Of a DNA stretch of 64,000 bases, positions 37,199 through 46,092 are shown piece after piece. The DNA lies in the IMG/VR virus record IMGVR_UViG_3300046779_000879, positions 64,001-128,000 of that record. The stretch is one strand, 5' to 3'. Position 1 is the first letter of the stretch; every line of letters begins with the position of its first letter. The notes under the pieces are model-generated. The model saw only the letters and a program-made list of their open reading frames with translations. It was not told where the DNA came from and did no database searches. This DNA comes from a virus. Made by a program: the position numbers and the translations under genes.

Positions 37199-37320
37199 TT
37201 TACATTCTTTATAATAATTTCTTTTGCTTGATTAACATGATAGTCTGTAAAACTAAGTAAGTTACCAACACCTACCGTAGCTACAACAAACCCTAATATA
37301 AAACTAATCAGTAGTTTCAT
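37195..37320 (-). CDS. small membrane protein (41 aa, not in the ORF track)
   Basis: MKLLISFILGFVVATVGVGNLLSF...; ATGA overlaps at both ends. Confidence 0.6.
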   Translation of the reverse strand: MKLLISFILGFVVATVGVGNLLSFTDYHVNQAKEIIIKNVK

Positions 37321-38633
37321 TTAATGTCCTTACTAGCATCAGCTACATCTTTATCATCACGTAGTTCTACAAAAATTGGAAGAAATAAACTCTCTTCACC
37401 TTGTTTGTTTTTAATTCTAGTATTATACTTCACTGCAACGATTTTGTCAAGTATTTCTTGTTTGATGTGCCACAAGTTGATTCGATGTTCGTCATTCAAG
37501 CCAGAGCCAACAGATACCTTTACAACTCCATCTGACGATTCGCAAATTATTGCACCGAGCATTCCTGCATACTTACCAGATCCTTCTTCAACTGCAACAA
37601 TCTTAAGATCGCATTCCAATTCACCTTTGAATTTAATCTGGTGCTTTGCACGCTTGTCTTCCCAAACACCTGAACCATCTTTGAGAATGATACCTTCATG
37701 CCCCAAAGACAAATACTCTTGAAACATTTCTTGTGCTTCTTCGATTGTTTGCACGATCTTGCTGGAAACTAACCAGACTTTTTTATTTTTAATACTTTGT
37801 TTCTGAACCAGTTGTTCTAAACTAGAAAATCGTTTTGAGTATGGAACTGGACAATGCCCATCTGTAAAGTAAGCATAAGGAATAACATCCCATACAGAAG
37901 CATGAACCATTGCAGCTTCTTCAGCTGAGATTGTACCCTTGTTTGCTTTGTTTAGAATACCATTACCTGTCTGACGATCCGCAAACTGGATATCATCTGG
38001 AAACATAACAAGCAACTCACCATCAAATACGCAATCTACTTCTCCTGCCATTGCGATAAATTGTTCATCTAGATTACCCAACAGCTGAATCTCTTTACCA
38101 TTGCGACTACGATATTCAACCTTACCATCACGAACAATTGCATTAAATCGCATACCATCCATCTTCATCTGAGCATAGGCTGGGAATTTAATTTTGTCAA
38201 TCAGCTTCTGTTCAAACTGTGAGCAAAGCATCACAGGATATTCTCTAATTAGACCAGACCAAACTGCATTGGCAGTTGATACTTGAACACCACAATCAAG
38301 ACTTTTGTCAATGATTCTTTCAATGACCTTTGCGTCATCTGGATCTAGAGATGAAAGAAGATTGCGTAAGAATTCAATTGCAGCATTTCCTGTTACTTCT
38401 CTACTTGAAAGACTATACAGTTGCTGCATGGCAAATCCAAGAGTCATCGTATTGAATTTTGGATCTCGAGTGTATGCTGGAATCTTACGCTGATAGAACT
38501 GAGTGAATGGACATAGTGCCAAACGAACAACCTCACGCAAAATCTCATTGTCAGCATATTTTTCCAACTGCTCGATCTTGTAGTTACGTGATGGGTTTGC
38601 AGCAAGAGTGTTTAGGAAGGCATTAATATTCAT
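37317..38633 (-). CDS. 30: ATP-dependent DNA ligase gp30
   Basis: KMDGMR, FDGEL, EGIILK, IKFK. Confidence 0.95.
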   Translation of the reverse strand: MNINAFLNTLAANPSRNYKIEQLEKYADNEILREVVRLALCPFTQFYQRKIPAYTRDPKFNTMTLGFAMQQLYSLSSREVTGNAAIEFLRNLLSSLDPDDAKVIERIIDKSLDCGVQVSTANAVWSGLIREYPVMLCSQFEQKLIDKIKFPAYAQMKMDGMRFNAIVRDGKVEYRSRNGKEIQLLGNLDEQFIAMAGEVDCVFDGELLVMFPDDIQFADRQTGNGILNKANKGTISAEEAAMVHASVWDVIPYAYFTDGHCPVPYSKRFSSLEQLVQKQSIKNKKVWLVSSKIVQTIEEAQEMFQEYLSLGHEGIILKDGSGVWEDKRAKHQIKFKGELECDLKIVAVEEGSGKYAGMLGAIICESSDGVVKVSVGSGLNDEHRINLWHIKQEILDKIVAVKYNTRIKNKQGEESLFLPIFVELRDDKDVADASKDIK

Positions 38634-38836
38634 ACTTCTTTCAATCCTTTTTGAATAATCTTAAATGTTCTGTATCGTTTATCGAAACGAATTGGATTTT
38701 TAAACATAGTAAAATCTTTTGGATTATTCCATTTGAAGTATCCATAAATCTTACTCATACTATCTGACATTAGATATGTATGATTTGGTTGTCTGTGTTC
38801 ACAATTCCAGACAGTAGTTTCTCTGGCGAGAATCAT
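38630..38836 (-). CDS. hypothetical protein
   Basis: Coupled ORF. Confidence 0.6.
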   Translation of the reverse strand: MILARETTVWNCEHRQPNHTYLMSDSMSKIYGYFKWNNPKDFTMFKNPIRFDKRYRTFKIIQKGLKEV

Positions 38837-39168
38837 GCAGCATCCAATACTTTTGCAGGATAAGTAATCTTACCATCGTACTCCAGCTGACTAATCTCAA
38901 ACTCAGTCATGAAGTCATCGGCAACAATACCATAACCGATGATGTACTGACGACTACCAATATCATTCCACTCAATTTTGTCACGTACTGAGTCAACAAT
39001 CATCTCAAGATTCTTCTCAGCGAACTCGTGTTCAGCATTGTAACCATCAAGAGACATGAAGTAATCTTCTCCACCCTTCATCTTCCAATACTGAGGACAC
39101 TCACCCTCGCCATCCCAATCATGAGCACCATAGTTTTCCATGTACTGCGTGATGATATGTAGTTTCAT
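38833..39168 (-). CDS. conserved phage hypothetical protein
   Basis: TQYMENYGAHDWDGEGECPQYWKMKGG. Confidence 0.7.
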   Translation of the reverse strand: MKLHIITQYMENYGAHDWDGEGECPQYWKMKGGEDYFMSLDGYNAEHEFAEKNLEMIVDSVRDKIEWNDIGSRQYIIGYGIVADDFMTEFEISQLEYDGKITYPAKVLDAA

Positions 39169-39185
39169 AATATAGATCCTATCAA

Positions 39186-39431
39186 TTAAACAAAAGTCCT
39201 GCGTGGATAACCAGTGGCGAATCCACTAGTGCCACCCATAAAGCCACGTGAGGACTTACCAGACATTTTAGTCTTAGGCACTTTACGTTTCTTCTCGTCA
39301 ACCTGAATAACTCCACCCTTCTTCAAGAATGCTTTCATCGCTTTCTCGCTTTCAGCACGTGCCTCAGCTTTTGTCATGACAGGTTTGTTGTAAATTGTTG
39401 CAACAATCAATTTCTTCTCCGACTTCTTCAT
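39186..39431 (-). CDS. small basic hypothetical protein
   Basis: AFLKKGGVI motif; Lys-rich. Confidence 0.6.
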   Translation of the reverse strand: MKKSEKKLIVATIYNKPVMTKAEARAESEKAMKAFLKKGGVIQVDEKKRKVPKTKMSGKSSRGFMGGTSGFATGYPRRTFV

Positions 39432-39739
39432 TATGCACACTCCTTCATATCAATTTTATCGAATCCAAAACTAGCCACCACAAAAGTCTCATCTGTCTCT
39501 AGGTTGTGAACAATGTCACCGACCGACAGACTATGCATCTTACCAACAACTTCAATCAGTTCTGCGTCCGACTCACACACAAAGTTTGCAATTCGGAAGA
39601 CTTCATCCATCGTTCGTGCTTCCACATGAGCCACCATTTCAAACTGATCAGAGATATCTTCAATCTGTTTGGCATTCATGAAGTGCAGGTCACGAGAATT
39701 TTGGTTTTCAAAGGGGAGTTGATAGATTGCGTATTTCAT
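39431..39739 (-). CDS. YodL-like protein
   Basis: YAIYQL..HSLSVGDIV. Confidence 0.65.
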   Translation of the reverse strand: MKYAIYQLPFENQNSRDLHFMNAKQIEDISDQFEMVAHVEARTMDEVFRIANFVCESDAELIEVVGKMHSLSVGDIVHNLETDETFVVASFGFDKIDMKECA

Positions 39740-39769
39740 TACATTTCCTTTTCTCATCATAATATAACT

Positions 39770-39798
39770 ATTATGCCCTAAATCGGAATTAAAGACAA
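39770..39798 (-). promoter_or_regulatory. sigma70-type early promoter
   Basis: TTGTCT-N17-CATAAT. Confidence 0.7.
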
Positions 39799-39815
39799 CA
39801 ACTATTTGCAAATGA

Positions 39816-39923
39816 CCCTACACGTCTGAGGGGATTAGATCCCCTGTAGATACAAGGGTTTAGAATGACAAAAACCCTCTACGAGAGAGGGTTTGGAGGG
39901 AGGTTTAGCCCTGTAGATTAGGG
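39816..39923. repeat. cluster of CCCT-Nx-AGGG palindromes
   Basis: Boxes at 39816-39832, 39842-39858, 39875-39891 (N9) and 39909-39923 (N7). Confidence 0.7.
39871..39894 (-). terminator. intrinsic terminator
   Basis: AAACCCTCT-CTCGT-AGAGGGTTTT on the minus strand. Confidence 0.65.
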
Positions 39924-40223
39924 CATCTGGAGTCCAGCTAGAGCGGATGCTGGAGCCACTTGGATACCAGAACCATATAATCGGTTATATTCGTTCACCA
40001 TATTAGCGGATGGGGTTGCTTCGGTGGCAATAGATTGACTGAACAACTTCATCTTTCCTTCTGCATAAGGCATGTATGGCATCAAAGCCAAACCAACACC
40101 TTCTTTTGTTTGTTGCATAAGAATAGTTGCTGGTGATTCTATTGTATATCCAAGTCCAGTAACTTCTACTTTGGCAATTAGTTCTTCACCACTAATCAAT
40201 TTAAATACTTTAATCTCGTTCAT
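39918..40223 (-). CDS. Sm/LSm-like fold hypothetical protein
   Basis: KLISGEELIAKV..PYMPY..YNRLYGSGI. Confidence 0.65.
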   Translation of the reverse strand: MNEIKVFKLISGEELIAKVEVTGLGYTIESPATILMQQTKEGVGLALMPYMPYAEGKMKLFSQSIATEATPSANMVNEYNRLYGSGIQVAPASALAGLQMP

Positions 40224-40224
40224 T

Positions 40225-40431
40225 TCAATCCTCTATAACAAGTAGTTCAATAAAATCTGCTGCTGCATTTGAATCTGAAAAACAACGGATAATCATTTTT
40301 TCCAATTCATAACAATGTTGTGCAATAACCATAATCTGTTTACTTTTATAAACAGAAACTTTGAGAATCCATTCTCCTCTGCGAACAGTGACGAATGAGA
40401 TTAAATTTTGTGATAGTTTTGCTTTCATCAT
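40225..40431 (-). CDS. hypothetical protein (predicted leaderless, late)
   Basis: TAAATA 5 nt upstream of the ATG. Confidence 0.6.
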   Translation of the reverse strand: MMKAKLSQNLISFVTVRRGEWILKVSVYKSKQIMVIAQHCYELEKMIIRCFSDSNAAADFIELLVIED

Positions 40432-40440
40432 ACAAGTATT

Positions 40441-40464
40441 TAGGGAGAGCCGAAACTCTCCCTA
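40441..40464 (-). terminator. UUCG-loop hairpin overlapping a late promoter
   Basis: TAGGGAGAGT-TTCG-GCTCTCCCTA, continuing into CTAAATA. Confidence 0.6.
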
Positions 40465-40473
40465 CCTGCATGA

Positions 40474-40551
40474 TTATTTTGGTTGGGGTACTGGTAGTTT
40501 ACCGTTTACCCAATCCCAATCATCATCTGTCATCGGGATCCAGTTATTCAT
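40474..40551 (-). CDS. 25-aa microprotein
   Basis: MNNWIPMTDDDWDWVNGKLPVPQPK; ATGA overlap with the upstream ORF. Confidence 0.45.
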   Translation of the reverse strand: MNNWIPMTDDDWDWVNGKLPVPQPK

Positions 40552-40682
40552 TTGCATTCCCCATACTTCGCCATTAATGCTTGTGCTTCTTTATGTTTAC
40601 CATTTCTGGCGAGGTTTGCTGCTGCTTTTGCGTAACCTAAACCCTTTAGGCAGATATAAACTTTGCGGAAAAACGATTTCAT
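40548..40682 (-). CDS. 44-aa small protein
   Basis: MKSFFRKVYICLKGLGYAKAAANLARNG...; TAATG overlap with hsp20; GGAG RBS. Confidence 0.6.
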   Translation of the reverse strand: MKSFFRKVYICLKGLGYAKAAANLARNGKHKEAQALMAKYGECK

Positions 40683-41158
40683 TATTTCTCCTCAGTCAAT
40701 AACTGCTTCTCACCTGTTGACTTAACTGCGATTTTCTTTGGTTTCTTTGCTTCTGGAATTAAACGCTCCAAAGCAATTTTTAGCATACCATTAAAAATCT
40801 CGGCATCTTTAACTTCTACTTCGTCATTCAATACGAATGAACGAGTGAAAGCACGATTAGCGATACCTTTGAACAAGAAGTTATCTTCTTGGTCTTCAGT
40901 TTTAATATTACCACGGACAACTAATTTACCACCATCAATTTCAATATCAATATCTTGCTGAGCAAAACCTGCAACAGCAATCTCAATGGTATAATGGTTT
41001 TCGTCATTCTTGCGAATGTTGTATGGTGGATAGTTTGGAATATTTTTTGTTACATCATCATGTAGTTTTTGAAGAGTTTTAAACTGTTCATCAAAACCAA
41101 CAAAGAATTTATCCAAGTCTTTAGTTCCCCAGAATGTAGGGATGAAATTGTTTGTCAT
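40682..41158 (-). CDS. small heat shock protein Hsp20 (IbpA-like)
   Basis: NYPPYNI, IAVAGF, GIANRAFTRSF, NGMLKI. Confidence 0.95.
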   Translation of the reverse strand: MTNNFIPTFWGTKDLDKFFVGFDEQFKTLQKLHDDVTKNIPNYPPYNIRKNDENHYTIEIAVAGFAQQDIDIEIDGGKLVVRGNIKTEDQEDNFLFKGIANRAFTRSFVLNDEVEVKDAEIFNGMLKIALERLIPEAKKPKKIAVKSTGEKQLLTEEK

Positions 41159-41167
41159 GTTATCTCC

Positions 41168-41353
41168 TTACTTAACTACAATAGCTGTGAAGAAATCATT
41201 AGTAGATTTCGCTACAGTTTTTGCGAAAGATGCTTGTGCATCAATATAAGTTTGGAGTTGTTTTGCGATCTTTTCGTCTTTAACAAATGTCTTAACGAAT
41301 TGAGTCTTTACACCAGAAATGGTGTCGATGGATGTATTTACTGCTTGTAACAT
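41168..41353 (-). CDS. small helical (phasin-like) protein
   Basis: Amphipathic 61 aa; strong AGGAG RBS. Confidence 0.55.
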   Translation of the reverse strand: MLQAVNTSIDTISGVKTQFVKTFVKDEKIAKQLQTYIDAQASFAKTVAKSTNDFFTAIVVK

Positions 41354-41377
41354 ATAGTTCTCCTATTAAGCGAGATT

Positions 41378-41538
41378 AAATAAAAACTCTATCCCAAATG
41401 GGCATAGAGGGTTTGCTGGTTACTGGTTCCAGCGACAGCTTAACGCACTGTCAGCTTTATGCGATTCGTAACTTAGTGGTCCTAAGGTGAATTCTTGGTA
41501 GTGATTGAATAGGTTACCAGCCTATCTTCCCATCCCTG
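41378..41538 (-). ncRNA. putative structured RNA / leader
   Basis: Non-coding stretch with five tandem hairpins between a TAAATA box and a U-tract. Confidence 0.45.
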
Positions 41539-41546
41539 AGAATTAT

Positions 41547-41717
41547 TTATGCTGCTGGCGATTGAGCAGACTTTTCTACTTCAGCCATTGCTGCAACTTG
41601 CGGTTCGCCTTGTTGCTTAATCTTGTTGATAACAGAGACTACTTCTTCAAATGGATGTTTACCCAATACACGAAGAATCATATTACACTCTTCAATACTC
41701 AATTCAAGTTTAATCAT
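41547..41717 (-). CDS. 56-aa hypothetical protein (not in the ORF track)
   Basis: MIKLELSIEECNMILRVLGKHPFEEV...; ATGA overlap with regA. Confidence 0.7.
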   Translation of the reverse strand: MIKLELSIEECNMILRVLGKHPFEEVVSVINKIKQQGEPQVAAMAEVEKSAQSPAA

Positions 41718-42133
41718 TTTGCTTTCTTTCCTATGTTATATTTTGGAACTAATTCCCACTGGTCTTTTTCTTTATAAGAGACCACCTTAATTTGAGATAG
41801 TGACGCTTTCTGTTCTGCTCTAACATTATCTAGGATCTTAAGTAGATCCCAGTCTTGTAGCAGACCAGCGATAGCATTTCGTCTCTCGATATCTCCGCTA
41901 GTGATGTTTGATTCTTTACCATCAAGAGCGAATAATTCTTTAAAGTGCACAATGAAATACCTACCCTGTTTATGAAGGATATGGCATGATTGGTACAATG
42001 TGTTTTCTTTTCTGGAAGCGATGCCGATGCGAGTTAGGGTCTCACGGACTTTTAGAAAGTTGTCTGGTTCTGGCAGACTCACTTCAAGCATCGACTCTGG
42101 TGTCCAGTCGTAATAAATCATCTCTACAGTCAT
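41714..42133 (-). CDS. regA: translational repressor RegA
   Basis: FLKVRETLTRIGIAS, LYQSCHILHKQGRYFIVHFKELF. Confidence 0.97.
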   Translation of the reverse strand: MTVEMIYYDWTPESMLEVSLPEPDNFLKVRETLTRIGIASRKENTLYQSCHILHKQGRYFIVHFKELFALDGKESNITSGDIERRNAIAGLLQDWDLLKILDNVRAEQKASLSQIKVVSYKEKDQWELVPKYNIGKKAK

Positions 42134-42510
42134 TATTTTCCACCTTTGTATAATTTTTCTTTTATCATATTCAACTGTTCTTCAGATAAGATGCTTAGTG
42201 CTTCATTAGCCTTCTCGGAAGAATATCCAAAGTACTCTTTTACAAGAGTAAGATCCATCGTATCGGCTTCTTTCTTATGCCATTTCGAGAATCTCTTTTT
42301 CTTTGATATAGTATTTAGGAAAAAGGAAAACTGCCAGTCCTTGGGTATGCTCGAGTTACGATTCATCTCGTTTGCATATAGGACTGTATCGGGGAAATAC
42401 GACAAACCACGATTGACTAGGAATGGTGTATAATCTTTGTCAGCCTGTGGTTCTTCGAATAGGTTTTTCTTTGTAAGATTGATTGCGTTGATAAAGTCAA
42501 AAGGTGTCAT
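42133..42510 (-). CDS. 62: clamp loader small subunit gp62
   Basis: FLVNRGLSYFPDT, KKRFSKW, KEYFGYS. Confidence 0.93.
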   Translation of the reverse strand: MTPFDFINAINLTKKNLFEEPQADKDYTPFLVNRGLSYFPDTVLYANEMNRNSSIPKDWQFSFFLNTISKKKRFSKWHKKEADTMDLTLVKEYFGYSSEKANEALSILSEEQLNMIKEKLYKGGK

Positions 42511-42692
42511 CGTCCTGCTCTCAATACCCAGTCTTCTGCAAATTCTTCTGCAAGATCAATAGATGGAAAGGATTCGAATTCATTATAGTCATTTTGAGCA
42601 TCAAAGACAACAACAGAGTATTGACCATTGGCATCTTTATAAACTTTTGCGTTACGTGTTCCTTCTTGGTAATTACTTAGAATAGGCATCAT
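42507..42692 (-). CDS. hypothetical protein
   Basis: Coupled ORF; AEEFAEDWV. Confidence 0.6.
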   Translation of the reverse strand: MMPILSNYQEGTRNAKVYKDANGQYSVVVFDAQNDYNEFESFPSIDLAEEFAEDWVLRAGR

Positions 42693-43012
42693 GATGTAAA
42701 TCCTATCTCAATTAAATTCTTTGGTGTAACTCCAAATGTTTTTCCAGGAAATAACTCTGCCAATTTCTTTTCAAGTTCTTTTCTATCATTGGCTTGTGTG
42801 ATAAACTGACTACTATCTTTATGATATGCGAATAGTATTCCATTATCCTTTTCAATAGTAATCTGTATAACTTCTTGGTTTGTATCTTGATCAAGTTCTT
42901 GTTCGATCTGAGCAAGAAGTTTGTTTGTTTTAATAATAGCAAGTTTTTCTCGAAGATTCCATCCGAGAGAAAAACCTATAATCATTACTCCAAATAAAAT
43001 AAGAATATCCAT
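42689..43012 (-). CDS. membrane-anchored hypothetical protein
   Basis: N-terminal TM helix. Confidence 0.6.
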   Translation of the reverse strand: MDILILFGVMIIGFSLGWNLREKLAIIKTNKLLAQIEQELDQDTNQEVIQITIEKDNGILFAYHKDSSQFITQANDRKELEKKLAELFPGKTFGVTPKNLIEIGFTS

Positions 43013-43019
43013 ATTAGCC

Positions 43020-43973
43020 TCATTTGAATTTACACTGAGCCATAATCTCAGTTAGTGCTGCCATAATATTTAGTTCATGGTCAGCAACAAATGCTGCTTT
43101 ATATTGATAGTCTGCCAAAATAAGAATCATTGGTGGAATGCTATTGGAATCCATATTGACACTTGCGGTATCATATAACTCACGGAACAATGCAGTAGTA
43201 TCTGCATCAGAGTTTTTGGCAACCCACTTACGAACCTCAGTGAAGTCTTTATCTTTCATCAGTTTAACCAAACCTTTGAAAGACTCTTGTGACATATTCA
43301 CTAGGATACCTGAGTCGATCTTACCTGAAACAGAATAGCGTTGAAGTTCGTTTAGAATACGACGATAATCAGGGAAGTGTTTCGTAACAAGTTCAGCCAC
43401 GACTTTAGGATCGAACTCGATATTCTCTTGTTTGAGAATGGTGGTTGCTCGTTTGAAAAATGCTGCAGCGATCTCTTGCTTTTCTTTATTATCGATCTTG
43501 AATTCAATCACAGCACAACGACTGTGGATGGGTTCAATGATACGATTCTTATAGTTCGCAGTAAAAATAAAGCGACAGTTAGCCGAAAACTCCTCCATGT
43601 AATTACGGAGTGCTGGCTGAGTAGAGTTAGCCTGTAGATAATCTGCTTCGTCTAAGATAATAACTTTCTTAGCATCAGTCAAAGATACAGATGTGGCAAA
43701 ACCCTTAATGGTAGTACGGAGAGTATCAATGTGACCACCAGTATCCGATCCGTTAAGAATCACATACTCTGCACCGATCTCATTACACAATGCTTTGGCT
43801 ACAGTAGTTTTACCTACACCTGCAGTACCACAAAGTAGAAAGTGTGGTAGTTCACCCTGTGCAATATAATCTTTAAAAGTCTTTTTTAAAGATTCTGGAA
43901 GGATACATTCATCAATTTTCTGTGGGCGATACTTTTCTACCCACAGAAACTGTTCATCACGACTTTCAATCAT
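43020..43973 (-). CDS. 44: clamp loader large subunit gp44
   Basis: WVEKYRP, GTAGVGKTT, DEAD, SRC. Confidence 0.97.
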   Translation of the reverse strand: MIESRDEQFLWVEKYRPQKIDECILPESLKKTFKDYIAQGELPHFLLCGTAGVGKTTVAKALCNEIGAEYVILNGSDTGGHIDTLRTTIKGFATSVSLTDAKKVIILDEADYLQANSTQPALRNYMEEFSANCRFIFTANYKNRIIEPIHSRCAVIEFKIDNKEKQEIAAAFFKRATTILKQENIEFDPKVVAELVTKHFPDYRRILNELQRYSVSGKIDSGILVNMSQESFKGLVKLMKDKDFTEVRKWVAKNSDADTTALFRELYDTASVNMDSNSIPPMILILADYQYKAAFVADHELNIMAALTEIMAQCKFK

Positions 43974-44000
43974 ATAAATCTCCAAACATAACAAAGAATA

Positions 44001-44020
44001 GAGAGGGATTATACCCTCTC
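44001..44020 (-). other. intergenic hairpin between genes 45 and 44
   Basis: GAGAGGG-ATTATA-CCCTCTC. Confidence 0.5.
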
Positions 44021-44025
44021 GTCAT

Positions 44026-44685
44026 TTAGAATTCAAATGTAGAATCAGCTTCTACTGCAACATAATATACCAAGTCACTAGATGGAGATTTAAAACGAGA
44101 GATTTTCTTACTTGAAATTGATACTTCATAATCGCCTGGAAGCATCTTTAGGTTTTCTACTTTCAGATTAACTTTGAATGTCTTATCAGTAGCACCGACA
44201 GATTCGCTGAAAGAGTTGCCAGTGGCATTCTTCTTGTCACCAACAACTGCGGTAATCTTACTACCATCACCAACGATTGATACGTCAGATGCACGCAGAA
44301 CAGATGCAGTCTTATTAATCATATTCAACATCGCAGCAGACATCGTGAAGTTGATTTCTGCTTCAGGAAATGTAATCGCTTTTTGCGGTGCGACCAATAC
44401 AGATGCGTCTGCAGCAAAGAACTTAATCTTCATACTACCTTGACTAATTGATACATACTTGTCTTGGAAGTCTAATTCAGGATCGTCAAACAAAGACATA
44501 GCACCCAAGAACTCATTGAGATCGTAGATTCCAAAGTCAGGGAATGTTTCTGTTACTGTCGCATCAGCCATCACGTTTTTCTGTGATGAGATTGTTGCAA
44601 GTTTGTTGCCACTCTTTAAAAGCAGATTACTGTTAATGCCAGCAAAGTTTTTAATTAGGGCAGTGGTTTCTTTACTAAGTTTCAT
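44026..44685 (-). CDS. 45: sliding clamp gp45
   Basis: KNFAGINSN, FGIYDLNEFL, YYVAVE. Confidence 0.95.
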   Translation of the reverse strand: MKLSKETTALIKNFAGINSNLLLKSGNKLATISSQKNVMADATVTETFPDFGIYDLNEFLGAMSLFDDPELDFQDKYVSISQGSMKIKFFAADASVLVAPQKAITFPEAEINFTMSAAMLNMINKTASVLRASDVSIVGDGSKITAVVGDKKNATGNSFSESVGATDKTFKVNLKVENLKMLPGDYEVSISSKKISRFKSPSSDLVYYVAVEADSTFEF

Positions 44686-44726
44686 TACTTTCTCCATTCA
44701 AATGATTACATTACTATGTATAAAAC

Positions 44727-44755
44727 ATTATACCTCAGAACGAGGTTTTTGACAA
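44727..44755 (-). promoter_or_regulatory. sigma70-type promoter
   Basis: TTGTCA-N17-TATAAT. Confidence 0.7.
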
Positions 44756-44757
44756 AT

Positions 44758-45087
44758 TTATTTTGAGTACTTGACATCGTGTTCATATAAGAACATCAAG
44801 CAACACATTGCATGTGCCAAGTGATTCTTACCACTCTCGGGATCGTTTTGCTCTCCCTCTTTCCATGCCCAAAGATGTCTTTGCATTGCGTCAAAGTATC
44901 TACGTTTGGAATCTGGTACGTACTTCCAATTATCTGGTTCGTATTTCTCCGCACCAAATGTTAGAATTTCTACAGTGGCTTTTAATGCCAGTGGTGGTAG
45001 CAAACCATATTGTAATTTACCACCATCAAATTTACGACCACCTGTTGTGGCATTCTGCGACTTCTTAATATCTTCTTTGGTTGCCAT
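44758..45087 (-). CDS. dATP/dGTP diphosphohydrolase domain (DUF5664-like)
   Basis: GRKFDGGK..LLP..FGAEKY..NW..AMQRH..DPESG..HLAHA. Confidence 0.85.
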   Translation of the reverse strand: MATKEDIKKSQNATTGGRKFDGGKLQYGLLPPLALKATVEILTFGAEKYEPDNWKYVPDSKRRYFDAMQRHLWAWKEGEQNDPESGKNHLAHAMCCLMFLYEHDVKYSK

Positions 45088-45145
45088 ATTATTCTCCAAA
45101 TGAAACGACAAATGGACACTCAGAGAATGTCCATTTATAACTCAC

Positions 45146-45406
45146 TTAGGCAGTGCGAGTAAACGCTGAAGAACCAGCAACAGCATTAGCTAAAGCAACC
45201 ATTTTACGAGTTGGACGACCAATACGATACTTAACAACTTCGCTACCGTTTACAACTGCAGGGTTTGAGTAAACGCAGTAACCTTGTTCACGCAAATCAC
45301 GAATAGCAGAAGCTGGATGAGCAATACCGAAAGAGGACTTGATCTGCTTAGCAGTAAACTCTTTACCTTTTTGTAGATGCTTCAATAGCATTTCTTGTTT
45401 AGACAT
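45146..45406 (-). CDS. winged-HTH DNA-binding protein
   Basis: FTAKQIKSSFGI..SAIRDLREQGYCVY..KYRIG. Confidence 0.7.
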   Translation of the reverse strand: MSKQEMLLKHLQKGKEFTAKQIKSSFGIAHPASAIRDLREQGYCVYSNPAVVNGSEVVKYRIGRPTRKMVALANAVAGSSAFTRTA

Positions 45407-45490
45407 AATAATATCTCCATAATTAACAACCATCAAATGAAAAAAATCATCTGGGAGATGGCAAACCCCAGATGACAAGTAAAACTCTAA

Positions 45491-45979
45491 TTAAACAGTG
45501 ATGCCGTTTTCACGTAGGATGGCATTGAAGTCTTCAGTATCGCCATCAACATCAACAGAATCATCGATGATTCGCTGAAGACGTGACATCTCCATCTGTT
45601 CATCTTTCTCGACTGCAGTTTTTGCAGGAGTCTTGGCTTTTACAGTCTTAGCCTTAGCAAGTTTCGCAACTTTGGCTTTTGCTTTAGCGACTGGAGCAGT
45701 CTGTTTGTCTGCAAGTTCTTTTGCAAAGGCAGACAACTCGGCATCAGTAGGAACTGGCAACTGATACACACCACGCTCTACTTTGTTCTTGTTGAACAAC
45801 CAGTTAGGATAACCAATCTTCTCACCCTTAGTGCCAGTACGCTGGTCACGCAAAGTGTAATAGATTGCAGCACATTCCTTCAGAGTAATCTGAGGATCTT
45901 TTTTGTATTGAGGATTAGATTCAATCACTGCAACAACAAATCGTTTTTGAGACAAAGACAAAGCATTAAATTTCAACAT
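45491..45979 (-). CDS. early hypothetical protein, possibly DNA-binding
   Basis: PNWL..VERGVYQLP motif plus an Ala/Lys-rich histone-like linker. Confidence 0.6.
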   Translation of the reverse strand: MLKFNALSLSQKRFVVAVIESNPQYKKDPQITLKECAAIYYTLRDQRTGTKGEKIGYPNWLFNKNKVERGVYQLPVPTDAELSAFAKELADKQTAPVAKAKAKVAKLAKAKTVKAKTPAKTAVEKDEQMEMSRLQRIIDDSVDVDGDTEDFNAILRENGITV

Positions 45980-46028
45980 AATATATTTCCTTAAAAGAAG
46001 TTTTCAAATTTTCAACACAACAAGTTCT

Positions 46029-46057
46029 ATTATACAACAAGATGAGATTAAAGGCAA
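46029..46057 (-). promoter_or_regulatory. sigma70-type early promoter
   Basis: TTGCCT-N17-TATAAT; degenerate box CCCA-N9-AGGG at 46075-46091. Confidence 0.7.
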
Positions 46058-46092
46058 GTCTTATTTGCAATAACCCCATAAGTTGTAAGGGA

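Noticed and set aside
39816-39923. Possible mini-CRISPR array
   Set aside because: Units are short, non-identical palindromes separated by only 9-17 bp, and no cas genes are present
41378-41538. Possible tRNA or tmRNA
   Set aside because: No cloverleaf, T-loop GTTCRA or CCA end could be built; kept only as a generic structured RNA
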